DNA of 60,825 nucleotides from Nitrospirota bacterium. Lineage in GTDB: Bacteria; Nitrospirota; UBA9217. Positions 1-8,154 of the stretch are shown here, one piece after another. Each line of letters opens with the position of its first letter. The stretch's first letter is position 1. Where the stretch lies: the NCBI GenBank assembly GCA_037916085.1, contig JBAIYC010000107.1, positions 1-60,825 of the forward strand. Reading direction: 5' to 3'. Both the position numbers and the translations under genes were made by a program. Below the pieces are notes generated by a model. It saw nothing but the letters and a program-made list of their open reading frames with translations. It ran no database searches and was not told where the DNA came from.

Positions 1-21
1 TTCCATACGATACCATCCTCC

Positions 22-1215
22 TCAGGCTTTTTTCCTGCTCTTGACGACGTCCTCATAGAGTGGCGACATTGCCCGCAAGCGTTCCACAATGGGTGGCAGT
101 TTTTCCAGAACATAGTCCACGTCTTCGACGGAGGTTCCCATCCCCAGCGACATCAACAGGGTCCCGTTGGCGGCGGCAGCCTCCGTCCCGATACAGGACA
201 GCACATGGGACGATTTGAGCGAGCGGGACGTGCAAGCCGATCCGCTGGAAACGTAGATGCCGTCCATGTTCAGGAAGAGCAGCATGGACTCCCCTTCCAC
301 ATACAGAAAGGACACGTTCGCATTGTTCGGCAGACGCCTCGTTGGATGCCCGTTCAGGAACATATCCGGGATCTTCTGCGCCAGTCCCGCCAGCAACCGG
401 TCCCGCAGCGGTGTCAGGTAGCTCATCCGTCCTGAAACCTCGGCAACAGCCAGCTCGGCCGCCTTTCCAAGGCCCACGATCGCCGGCACGTTCTCGGTCC
501 CGCCGCGCCTGCCCTCTTCCTGGACACCGCCCTCGATCTGTGGTTTGATCCGGACGCCCTTCCGCACATAGAGCGCGGCGGCCCCCTTCGGACCGTAGAA
601 CTGGTGCCCCGAGAGGGACAGCGCATCGACGTTCAGCTCCTTGACGTCCACCGGTACCCAGCCCACGGAGGTCACCGCGTCAGTGTGGAACAGAACGCCT
701 TTTTCCCGGGTGACGGCACCGATCTCGGCAATGGCCTGGAGCGTCCCGATCTCGTTGTTGGAATGCATGATCGATACGAGGACGGTCTCCCTGGCAATGG
801 CCTTCGCAACATCCGCCGGGTCGATAAGCCCCTGCCGGTCAGGCACAATGGACGTCACTTTGAAGCCGGCCTTCTCCAGTGTCTTTGCCGGATGGAGAAC
901 GGAGAAATGCTCCATCTGAGATACGATGATGTGGTTGCCCTTCTGGCTGTTCGCCTGTGCCAGACCCTTGATGGCGAAATTATTGGATTCCGTTCCGCTC
1001 GCGGTGAAGAATATCTCCTCGGGCTTTGCACCGATCAGTGTCGCCGTCCTCACACGCGCTTCATCAACAGCATTCTTTGCCTCCCTGCCCATATCGTGCA
1101 GGTTCGAGGGATTCCCGAACTTGCTGGTGAAATAGGGCAGCATGGCCTCCACCACCTTTGGATGGGCCGGGGTCGTCGCCACGTGGTCCAGATACACTTT
1201 TCTCACGGCTAGCAC
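22..1215 (-). CDS. nifS: NifS/IscS-family cysteine desulfurase (class V aminotransferase fold); PLP-lysine position is Gln
   Basis: 397-aa ORF with family motifs HTDA, SLSGH(Q)FYGPKGAAALYV and the catalytic Cys loop SSGSACTS. Overlaps the upstream Rrf2 gene by 7 nt, consistent with one operon. Confidence 0.85.
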   Translation of the reverse strand: MLAVRKVYLDHVATTPAHPKVVEAMLPYFTSKFGNPSNLHDMGREAKNAVDEARVRTATLIGAKPEEIFFTASGTESNNFAIKGLAQANSQKGNHIIVSQMEHFSVLHPAKTLEKAGFKVTSIVPDRQGLIDPADVAKAIARETVLVSIMHSNNEIGTLQAIAEIGAVTREKGVLFHTDAVTSVGWVPVDVKELNVDALSLSGHQFYGPKGAAALYVRKGVRIKPQIEGGVQEEGRRGGTENVPAIVGLGKAAELAVAEVSGRMSYLTPLRDRLLAGLAQKIPDMFLNGHPTRRLPNNANVSFLYVEGESMLLFLNMDGIYVSSGSACTSRSLKSSHVLSCIGTEAAAANGTLLMSLGMGTSVEDVDYVLEKLPPIVERLRAMSPLYEDVVKSRKKA

Positions 1216-1682
1216 GCCCCCTTTCCCGCCGCAGCTGTCTTCCTGCGCCCCGTCGTCTGTTCACGCTCCTTGTGAGGCGCCTGTCGCAGGAGATGCTCAA
1301 AGGTGATCCCGTCCAAAGCCTCTTCGATCTTTTCACCGACCCGCGCCCATACCATCCGCGCAACGCAATCATCTGCCTGGTAGCACCTGGCATCTCCCGG
1401 CTCGAGGCAATGTGACAGCGCGATGGGCCCTTCCAGCGATCTGACCACGTCGCCGATCGTCAGGTCTGAGGGCTTTCGCGCCAACAGGTAGCCGCCATGC
1501 GGACCTCGCACGCTCTCGATGATCCCGGCCTTGCCGAGCTTGTGCAGGATCTGTTCCAGATAGGACAAAGAGATACGCTGGCGTTCAGCGATTTCCTTGA
1601 TCGTCAGCGGTCCCCGCCCGAAGTTCCTGGCGATCTCGAAAAGCGCCCGTACGCCGTATTTCCCTTTCGTGGAAAGTTTCAC
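1209..1682 (-). CDS. iscR: Rrf2-family transcriptional regulator, IscR-like, with three candidate Fe-S ligand cysteines
   Basis: 157 aa. N-terminal winged-helix signature MKLSTKGKYGVRALFEIA. Cys pattern C-x7-C-x5-C (HCLEPGDARCYQADDC). Lies directly upstream of nifS. Confidence 0.85.
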   Translation of the reverse strand: MKLSTKGKYGVRALFEIARNFGRGPLTIKEIAERQRISLSYLEQILHKLGKAGIIESVRGPHGGYLLARKPSDLTIGDVVRSLEGPIALSHCLEPGDARCYQADDCVARMVWARVGEKIEEALDGITFEHLLRQAPHKEREQTTGRRKTAAAGKGAC

Positions 1683-1732
1683 AAAAGCCCCTTGCTCACA
1701 GTGTCATGCCCTGATTCTGCATGTACCATAGC

Positions 1733-1757
1733 AAACCTGACTATTCCTGTCAAGTAT
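1733..1757. promoter_or_regulatory. IscR type-1-like operator in the iscR/BFN divergent promoter region
   Basis: AAACCTGACTATTCCTGTCAAGTAT matches the recalled type-1 consensus ATASYYGACTRWWWYAGTCRRSTAT at 22 of 25 positions by hand alignment. It sits 51-75 nt upstream of the iscR start. Confidence 0.5.
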
Positions 1758-1829
1758 TTTCCCCGCAGCGCCTGCGAAGGATCGAATCAGGCTTTACTCC
1801 GGTTACCCGGTGTGGTATGGTTAGTCAGT

Positions 1830-2297
1830 ATGGGAGAGCCAATGTGGGTCCAGATGAACGTGAACACCGTTCTGTATGACAGTAAGAACAGCAGCTATAT
1901 CGTCCTCCTGAAGGACGAGACGGGGAAAAAAGTCCTGCCCATCTGGATCGGCGCTGCAGAAGGGAACTCCATCGCCCTCGCCATGGGCAGCATGAAGACG
2001 AGCCGCCCGCTCACCCACGACCTCATTGTTTCGATCTTCGACCGTCTGGAGATCGAAGTCGCACGTGTGGTGGTCAGCGATCTCATCGAAAACACGTTCT
2101 ATGCGTCCCTCTACCTCCTGCACGGCGGAAAGGAGTTCCATATCGATTCCCGCCCCAGTGACGCCATCGCAGTCGCCATCCGGCTCGGCTCCCCTATTTT
2201 CGTCCAGGAAGAGGTCCTGAACAAACAGGACCAGGCAACGATCGATCAGTGGATGAAGAACCTCGGGGAAGCCGGCGGAACCGAGCACAACGCATAG
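1830..2297 (+). CDS. Bifunctional nuclease domain protein (BFN/DUF151 family)
   Basis: The ORF track gives 1497..2297, but the first 111 codons lie antisense to iscR and in the intergenic region. The ATG at 1830 (or 1842) starts MGEPMWVQMNV...VLLKDETGKKVLPIWIGAAEGNSIA...RPLTHDL, which is typical DUF151. Confidence 0.7.
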   Translation: MGEPMWVQMNVNTVLYDSKNSSYIVLLKDETGKKVLPIWIGAAEGNSIALAMGSMKTSRPLTHDLIVSIFDRLEIEVARVVVSDLIENTFYASLYLLHGGKEFHIDSRPSDAIAVAIRLGSPIFVQEEVLNKQDQATIDQWMKNLGEAGGTEHNA

Positions 2298-2310
2298 CGG
2301 TAACGACAGG

Positions 2311-2337
2311 TTCAATATTCAAATTCAACATTCAACA
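2311..2337. repeat. Short A/T-rich tandem repeat, four TTCAA(N) cores
   Basis: TTCAATATTCAAATTCAACATTCAACA lies between the convergent BFN and ubiX genes. Confidence 0.6.
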
Positions 2338-2378
2338 CCGTACTGCGCCATCTTCCTTTGAGTCCGGAATCGTTTGTC

Positions 2379-2978
2379 TTACAACCCCCATCTTGGAGCG
2401 ATCGAGTTCTCCACGCCCATTGCATCCAGCACCCTCCCCACGACGAAGTCCACGATGTCCTGCAGATGTTTCGGCCGGTGGTAGAAGCCGGGCATGGCGG
2501 GAAGGATGTGACATCCCGCCTCCGCAAGCGCGAGCATGTTCCGAAGGTGGATCGCAGAGAGCGGAGTTTCGCGCGGGACCACTACGAGCTTCCGGCGCTC
2601 CTTCAGGGTGACATCCGCGGCACGCTCGATAAGGTTTGACGCTAACCCATTGGCGATCGCTCCGAGCGCCTTCATGGAGCAGGGGATGACCACCATGGCG
2701 TCGACCGGCGTGGAGCCGCTCGCGATCGGCGTGTACATATTATCCTCGTCAAAGTAGCGAAGTTGTCCTTCTTTCGCATCCAGGAGGTGCTCAAAGGCAT
2801 TCTGGATTTCGGTCTCTGATCCCTTGAGCAGGATGCCCGCTTCGTCGTTCAGGATCTTTAGTCCGTCGCCGGAAATGCACAGGTAGATCGAATGCCCGTT
2901 CTGCACGAGCACCTGCAGAAGACGAAGCGCATAGGGGGCGCCGCTGGCGCCCGTGATCGCAACGGTAAATGTCGACAT
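2379..2978 (-). CDS. ubiX: UbiX-family flavin prenyltransferase
   Basis: 199 aa. N-terminal ITGASGAPYALRLLQVL; overall length and pattern fit the UbiX/Pad1 family. Confidence 0.85.
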   Translation of the reverse strand: MSTFTVAITGASGAPYALRLLQVLVQNGHSIYLCISGDGLKILNDEAGILLKGSETEIQNAFEHLLDAKEGQLRYFDEDNMYTPIASGSTPVDAMVVIPCSMKALGAIANGLASNLIERAADVTLKERRKLVVVPRETPLSAIHLRNMLALAEAGCHILPAMPGFYHRPKHLQDIVDFVVGRVLDAMGVENSIAPRWGL

Positions 2979-3031
2979 AGATCTCCTTGTACACCTAAGT
3001 TAGGAACGTTCCCTGGTCTTCGTTCAGACCT

Positions 3032-4330
3032 TCATCGCCGGAGCTCACCGCCAGCGGTCTTCCCGTTGATCGACAGCATTGCAAGAAGGACCCCGGCCAG
3101 GAGCGCGAGCCCCGCTCCCATGGAGAACGCCGCCGACGGACCGGCCTTTTGCCAGACGACCCCGAAGAGCAGCGAGGCGGGAAGAGCGCCTGCGCCGACG
3201 ATCAGATGATACAGACCGAAGGCAGATCCCCGCAGATGGGTCGAGGCAAAATCTGCGACCAGCGCCTTTTCCACTCCTTCGGTCAGCCCGAAATAGACGC
3301 CGTACACCGCGAACAGGACCCACGCATGCCACTGCCGGTCGGCCTGGCCGAAACCCGCGTACACTAGGGCATAGACGACCCACCCCGCAACGATGACGCT
3401 CCTTCGACCGATACGGTCGGAGAGGACCCCGCCGGGAACGGAGCTTGCCATCTTGACGACATGGAGCGTCACCCAGATCATGGGAAGCAGTGTCATCGGC
3501 ACGCCGAGTTGCTGCGCACGAAGGAGGAGGAAGGCGTCTGTCGAGTTGCCGAGGGCAAAGATCAGGACGATCAAGAGAAACCGCTGAAACGGAGCGGGCA
3601 TCTGTGCCAGCGACGACCGGAAGCCGAAGACCGTCTGCCCTGCCCCCAAGGATGCAGCCGTCCTCTTTTCACGGATGCCGGTCAGCAACAGAAGGACGGC
3701 GAGCAGGCCGGGAAGAAAGGAAAGCAGAAAGATGGTCTTGAGATCATCATGGAACACCAGCAGCAGGGCAGTCGCCGCGAGCGGTCCCACAACCGCTCCT
3801 GCGTGGTCCATGGCGCGGTGGAACCCGTAGGCCTTCCCCCGGTGTTCGGCAGGCGTCGAATCGGCGATGATGGCATCGCGCGGCGAGGTCCGGAGGCCCT
3901 TTCCTACGCGATCGGAAAACCGGAGCAAGAGGACCTGCATCCAGGACGTTGAAAGGGCAATGAGCGGACGGATGATGTTCGACAGGGAGTATCCGGCGAC
4001 GATCCATCCCTTCCGTTTCTTGATGCGATCCGAAAGGTAGCCCGAGTAAAGCTTGAGAAGCGAGGCTGTTGCCTCCGCTATGCCTTCAATGATACCAAGC
4101 GCGGCGGGCCCCGCCCCGAGCACGGACGTGAGAAACGCCGGCAGGAGCGGGTAGATCATTTCCGATGCGCCGTCGTTGAGCAGACTGACAAAGCCCAGCA
4201 CAATGACGTTTCGGGACAGCCCCCTGCTCCACTTTTGCGAAGGTGATACAGCTCCCGTGCTCATGGACGTGACTTTACCCGATTCAGACATGTTTTGCAA
4301 GGAATGAGGCCGACGCTCGGGCAGGCTCAC
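3032..4330 (-). CDS. MFS transporter
   Basis: 432 aa, about 12 hydrophobic segments, MFS-like loop motifs. The GTG start overlaps the stop of the upstream gene (GTGA). An alternative ATG is at 4291. Confidence 0.75.
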   Translation of the reverse strand: MSLPERRPHSLQNMSESGKVTSMSTGAVSPSQKWSRGLSRNVIVLGFVSLLNDGASEMIYPLLPAFLTSVLGAGPAALGIIEGIAEATASLLKLYSGYLSDRIKKRKGWIVAGYSLSNIIRPLIALSTSWMQVLLLRFSDRVGKGLRTSPRDAIIADSTPAEHRGKAYGFHRAMDHAGAVVGPLAATALLLVFHDDLKTIFLLSFLPGLLAVLLLLTGIREKRTAASLGAGQTVFGFRSSLAQMPAPFQRFLLIVLIFALGNSTDAFLLLRAQQLGVPMTLLPMIWVTLHVVKMASSVPGGVLSDRIGRRSVIVAGWVVYALVYAGFGQADRQWHAWVLFAVYGVYFGLTEGVEKALVADFASTHLRGSAFGLYHLIVGAGALPASLLFGVVWQKAGPSAAFSMGAGLALLAGVLLAMLSINGKTAGGELRR

Positions 4331-5808
4331 TGGGAAAGGGCCTTCTGGATTATCCGTTTGGCGAGTTCTGCAAGCCGGGCATCGCTTGCCTCGAGCGACT
4401 CACGGGCCCGCCGCGCCGCATCATAGAGCAGTGCGTTCTCAATGGCGACGGCGGCGTGACCGGCAAGAGCATCGAGCAGATCGATGTCGCTCTGCAGGAA
4501 TGCCTCGCCATTGCCCTTGTGCCCGACCGCAAGCACTCCTTCGAGCTGCCCCTTGTAGCGGAGCGGGACCAGAAGCTCGGCGCCGATGTCCCGGAGAGCG
4601 CAGTTGAGCGAATGGAAGCTTTCGTCGGGCAGTATCCGTTCGAGCTCCTCCCGGACCACCGCCTCTCCTGTCTGTCGGACAAGGTCGACAACGGCGGGGT
4701 CGAGCGATCGGCCCCGAAGTGCGGAAACGGCCCCGCCCGTGCCGTGGCGGAGGGTGAACCCGCTCTGGCCGTCCTTCAGGTAGATTGCAACACCATCGGT
4801 CCGCAGCGCAGTTCGGATGGTCTCCGCGATATAGTCGAGCAATTCGTCGAAATCTAATATTGTCACGATCGCCTTGATGGATTCCCGCAGTACATCCTGA
4901 TAAAGGTACCGGTCCTGCAGCACGGTCCACTGGACCAGAACGCGCAGTCGCTTGCTGAAGGGCGTACCGAAGAACAGAAGAACCAGGAAGGACAGCGACA
5001 GAAGGATCGCCATGGCCTGGCCGACAAGCGGCTCAAGCGCCCTGAATAGTGCGAGCTGCGCCCAGGCGAAGAGCACGAGGAGAAGAGCTCTCGTCAGAAG
5101 GTTCGATATGACGATCCTGATGTCGAAAAGCCGGAATCGCATGATCGCATAGACGGTCAGGACCACCCAGGGGAAACTGAAATAGGCTGACAGGCCGGGC
5201 TCAAAGCCGAACCCGCCGAAGAGCTGCAAAAAACCGGCGGTAAGCGCCCCACCGACGGCGAAGATGATCGTCCCGACGAAGAAGTAATTCAGCTGGGCCT
5301 GCTTGATGCCTGTCACATCCCGGTGGAGCCTGATGATCTCGACCATGAGCCAGACAATAAGCCCCGCGCCGATGAACCGCGCAGGATTTTCAAGCGGACC
5401 GTGCGGGTTCTGGAAGGGTATTAGAACGTACCGATTGGTCACGATCAGGTCCGTTGTCAGACAGAGGACCAGCATGACGGTCCAGAAGGGATAGAGCAGG
5501 TATCCGACGATGCGGGCCGTCCTGCTCGCCTCGCTCCTCAGGTAGAAAACGAACTGGAGGGCAGCAGGAACGCTGAACCAGCCGATCCAGTTGAGCCGGG
5601 CGAAAGGGACGGGATCCATCCCCGCGGCGGCGCTCAGATACATCAGCGAGCTGCTGAGGGAAAAGGCCGCGGAAAAGAAGGAAAAGGCTGCCACCGCCTT
5701 GATCACACGGCTGTTGCGCCGGTTCTGACGCAAAAGCACGATACCAAGCAGCAGCTCCGTTGCTGCGATGAAAAGAAGCGGATATCCAAGAATCACATGC
5801 AGGCTCAC
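4327..5808 (-). CDS. Integral-membrane sensor-like protein: N-terminal about 7-TM domain plus C-terminal GAF domain, with no output domain
   Basis: 493 aa. About 280 aa of TM helices are followed by a GAF-like region (...LVPLRYKGQLEGVLAVGHKGNGEAFLQSDIDLLDALAGHAAVAIENALLY). No kinase, GGDEF or HD motifs are visible. Confidence 0.65.
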   Translation of the reverse strand: MSLHVILGYPLLFIAATELLLGIVLLRQNRRNSRVIKAVAAFSFFSAAFSLSSSLMYLSAAAGMDPVPFARLNWIGWFSVPAALQFVFYLRSEASRTARIVGYLLYPFWTVMLVLCLTTDLIVTNRYVLIPFQNPHGPLENPARFIGAGLIVWLMVEIIRLHRDVTGIKQAQLNYFFVGTIIFAVGGALTAGFLQLFGGFGFEPGLSAYFSFPWVVLTVYAIMRFRLFDIRIVISNLLTRALLLVLFAWAQLALFRALEPLVGQAMAILLSLSFLVLLFFGTPFSKRLRVLVQWTVLQDRYLYQDVLRESIKAIVTILDFDELLDYIAETIRTALRTDGVAIYLKDGQSGFTLRHGTGGAVSALRGRSLDPAVVDLVRQTGEAVVREELERILPDESFHSLNCALRDIGAELLVPLRYKGQLEGVLAVGHKGNGEAFLQSDIDLLDALAGHAAVAIENALLYDAARRARESLEASDARLAELAKRIIQKALSQ

Positions 5809-5907
5809 TACGCACCCCTTTAGGGAACAACAGTATATACCACGCGGTCCCGTCTACCGCAAGTGCCAAACGTAGGCAACAGGCAAGCCGCAAAGATCGA
5901 AAATCAT

Positions 5908-5936
5908 TTGACATTGGGCGCACACTGTGATAAAAA
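5908..5936 (+). promoter_or_regulatory. Sigma70-like promoter upstream of the aminotransferase gene
   Basis: TTGACA (5908-5913), 17-nt spacer, TAAAAA (5931-5936). Confidence 0.4.
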
Positions 5937-5984
5937 GCGGAGAAATTTCAAATCATTCCATCATGAGCGGGGAACAATATCTCT

Positions 5985-7184
5985 ATGGCAATCGGTATCG
6001 CGAAGCGCGCACAGTCCATCAAGCCGTCGCCGACACTGGCCATGGCGGCCAAAGCAAAGGGAATGAAAGCCCAGGGCATCGATGTTGTGGATTTCGGCGT
6101 CGGGGAACCCGATTTCGATACCCCGGAGAACGTCAAGCAGGCTGGCATCAAGGCCATCCAGTCGGGCTTCACGAAGTACACGCCAGCATCGGGCACGGAC
6201 GAACTGAAGGAAGCGGTCATCGACAAGTTCAAGAAGGACAATGGCCTCGTCTACGAAAAGAACCAGGTGCTCATTTCCTGCGGCGCGAAGCACAGCCTCT
6301 ACAATATCGCTGAGGCGCTCTTCGACCCGGGCGATGAGGTGATCATCCCGTCCCCTTACTGGGTCTCCTATCCCGACCAGGTGCTCCTGAACGACGCCAC
6401 GCCGGTCATCGTCGCAACGACGGAGCAGGGAGGATTCAGGGTATCCGCCGCCGGGCTCGAGAAGGCGGTCACGAAACGGACCAAAGCGATCATCCTGAAC
6501 AGCCCTTCCAACCCCACGGGCCTTGCCTATGACCGCAGGACCCTCGAGGAGATCGCAGCGGTCGCGGTAAAGCACAAGATCTACGTGATCTCCGACGAAA
6601 TCTATGAGAAGCTCGTCTATGACGGCTTCCGGCATACGAGTATCGCGTCCCTCGGTCCGGAGATCAAGGACCTGACCATCGTGGTGAACGGCGTGTCCAA
6701 GTCGCATTCCATGACCGGCTGGCGCATCGGCTACGCTGCGGGTCCCAAGGACGTCATCACGGCAATGGCGAACATCCAGAGCCAGAGCACGTCGAACCCC
6801 ACGTCCATCTCCCAGAAGGCCGCGCTCGAGGCGCTTCGCGGACCGCAGGATTTCCTGCCGACGATGAACGCCGAGTTCGACAGACGGCGGAAATACATGG
6901 TCGAGCGTCTGAACAAGATGCCCGGGACCTCCTGTCTCATGCCGGTCGGTGCGTTCTACGCGTTCCCGAACGTTTCGAAGCTGTACGGCAGGTCAGCGGG
7001 GACTACGGTCATCAGGAATTCGAACGACATGGCGGCTTACCTTCTGGAGCATGCAAAGGTGGCGCTTGTATCGGGCGATTCATTCGGCGCCGATGCCTAC
7101 ATTCGGCTCTCCTATGCTACATCCATGGAGAACATCACGAAAGGACTGGACCGGATCGAAGCGGCTCTGAACGCGCTCCGGTAA
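5985..7184 (+). CDS. aspC: Pyridoxal-phosphate-dependent aminotransferase (aspartate aminotransferase class I)
   Basis: 399 aa. Motifs NPSNPTG and VNGVSKSHSMTGWRIGY, which contains the PLP Lys. Confidence 0.9.
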   Translation: MAIGIAKRAQSIKPSPTLAMAAKAKGMKAQGIDVVDFGVGEPDFDTPENVKQAGIKAIQSGFTKYTPASGTDELKEAVIDKFKKDNGLVYEKNQVLISCGAKHSLYNIAEALFDPGDEVIIPSPYWVSYPDQVLLNDATPVIVATTEQGGFRVSAAGLEKAVTKRTKAIILNSPSNPTGLAYDRRTLEEIAAVAVKHKIYVISDEIYEKLVYDGFRHTSIASLGPEIKDLTIVVNGVSKSHSMTGWRIGYAAGPKDVITAMANIQSQSTSNPTSISQKAALEALRGPQDFLPTMNAEFDRRRKYMVERLNKMPGTSCLMPVGAFYAFPNVSKLYGRSAGTTVIRNSNDMAAYLLEHAKVALVSGDSFGADAYIRLSYATSMENITKGLDRIEAALNALR

Positions 7185-7215
7185 GACCCCCATCGCGTAT
7201 CGGCAAGGAGGTTCC

Positions 7216-7989
7216 ATGAAAATCGTAACGTATCTTCTCGTCGTGCTGCTCGTCGGAGCTTTGGCCGGCGGGGCCTACTTCTATATGATCCCGTACAAGC
7301 AGATGGCCGCAGAGTACGAGAAGCTCAGTGCGGGGCAACCGGAATTCGACAGGGCGCGAAGGGAACTGGCGAAGTACAAGGAGCGAGAAAAGGCGAATTC
7401 CGGGTGGACAGAACCGGCTGCGGAAAGACTAAGATCCGGCCTCGCGAGGGATATCTCCGAAGGAACTGCAGAGGTCGTCGTTGCCGGGAACCGCGTGGTC
7501 GTCAATATATCGGAAAAGGCCCTCTATACCCCAAACTCGGTGACCTTTGCGAAAGACAGCCCGCAGGCGCTCGCCAATCTTGCGTCCCTGCTGAAGGACT
7601 TCAAGGACAGGGAGATACTCGTTGGCGATGCCACCGTACCGGCGCCAGCCCAAGGCAAGGGCCGCAAGCGCGTCCCTGCCAAGGACGCGCGGACCCTTGC
7701 CTCAGGCCGTACACTCGCACTGGTGAAATACCTGGCCCAGAACGGCGTCGCTGATGAAACGCTGATCGCCGCATCCTATCCGGCGAAGATGCCGGACCGT
7801 GGGTTCAAACTGAAGGGGGAAAAGGTGGTCATTGTCATCGCTGCGCCCGCCGTTTCCGAGGCACTCCCTGCTTCCGCGAAACCGGACACGAAACCCGCCG
7901 TTTCCACCAAGACGACCCCCACGCCCGCCGCCGCATCACAAATCAAAACGATCCCTATTTCAACGGTCCCGCCAAAGAAAGTGCAGTAG
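7216..7989 (+). CDS. Membrane-anchored protein with a degenerate OmpA/MotB-like C-terminal domain and a Pro/Thr-rich tail
   Basis: AAGGAGG RBS before the ATG. One N-terminal TM, then a coiled-coil-like segment. The OmpA_C-like stretch is NSVTFAKDSPQ...ILVGDAT...LASGRTLALVKYLAQNGV, with GDAT in place of the usual GHTD. Confidence 0.5.
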   Translation: MKIVTYLLVVLLVGALAGGAYFYMIPYKQMAAEYEKLSAGQPEFDRARRELAKYKEREKANSGWTEPAAERLRSGLARDISEGTAEVVVAGNRVVVNISEKALYTPNSVTFAKDSPQALANLASLLKDFKDREILVGDATVPAPAQGKGRKRVPAKDARTLASGRTLALVKYLAQNGVADETLIAASYPAKMPDRGFKLKGEKVVIVIAAPAVSEALPASAKPDTKPAVSTKTTPTPAAASQIKTIPISTVPPKKVQ

Positions 7990-8043
7990 GAAGCCGACGG
8001 GAAATAGAACAGCGCATCAGGATCCTGAATCTCGCCTGAACAA

Positions 8044-8088
8044 GAGAGGCGCCGGACAAACAGTCCGGCGCCTCTTTGCATTCTCTTC
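8044..8088 (+). terminator. Rho-independent terminator between convergent genes, possibly bidirectional
   Basis: AGAGGCGCCGGA-CAAACAG-TCCGGCGCCTCT is a perfect 12-bp stem, followed by TTTGCATTCTCTT. Confidence 0.6.
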
Positions 8089-8154
8089 TATCGATACCGG
8101 CTCCCGTGGCCGGGCAAACGAGCGATCCATGTACCCGGACGCTCAACGGTCCGG

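Noticed and set aside
1497-1829. N-terminal 111-codon extension of the BFN/DUF151 ORF.
   Set aside because: The extension runs antisense through the iscR coding region and the promoter/IscR-box region, and it has no family similarity. The conserved domain begins at the ATG at 1830.
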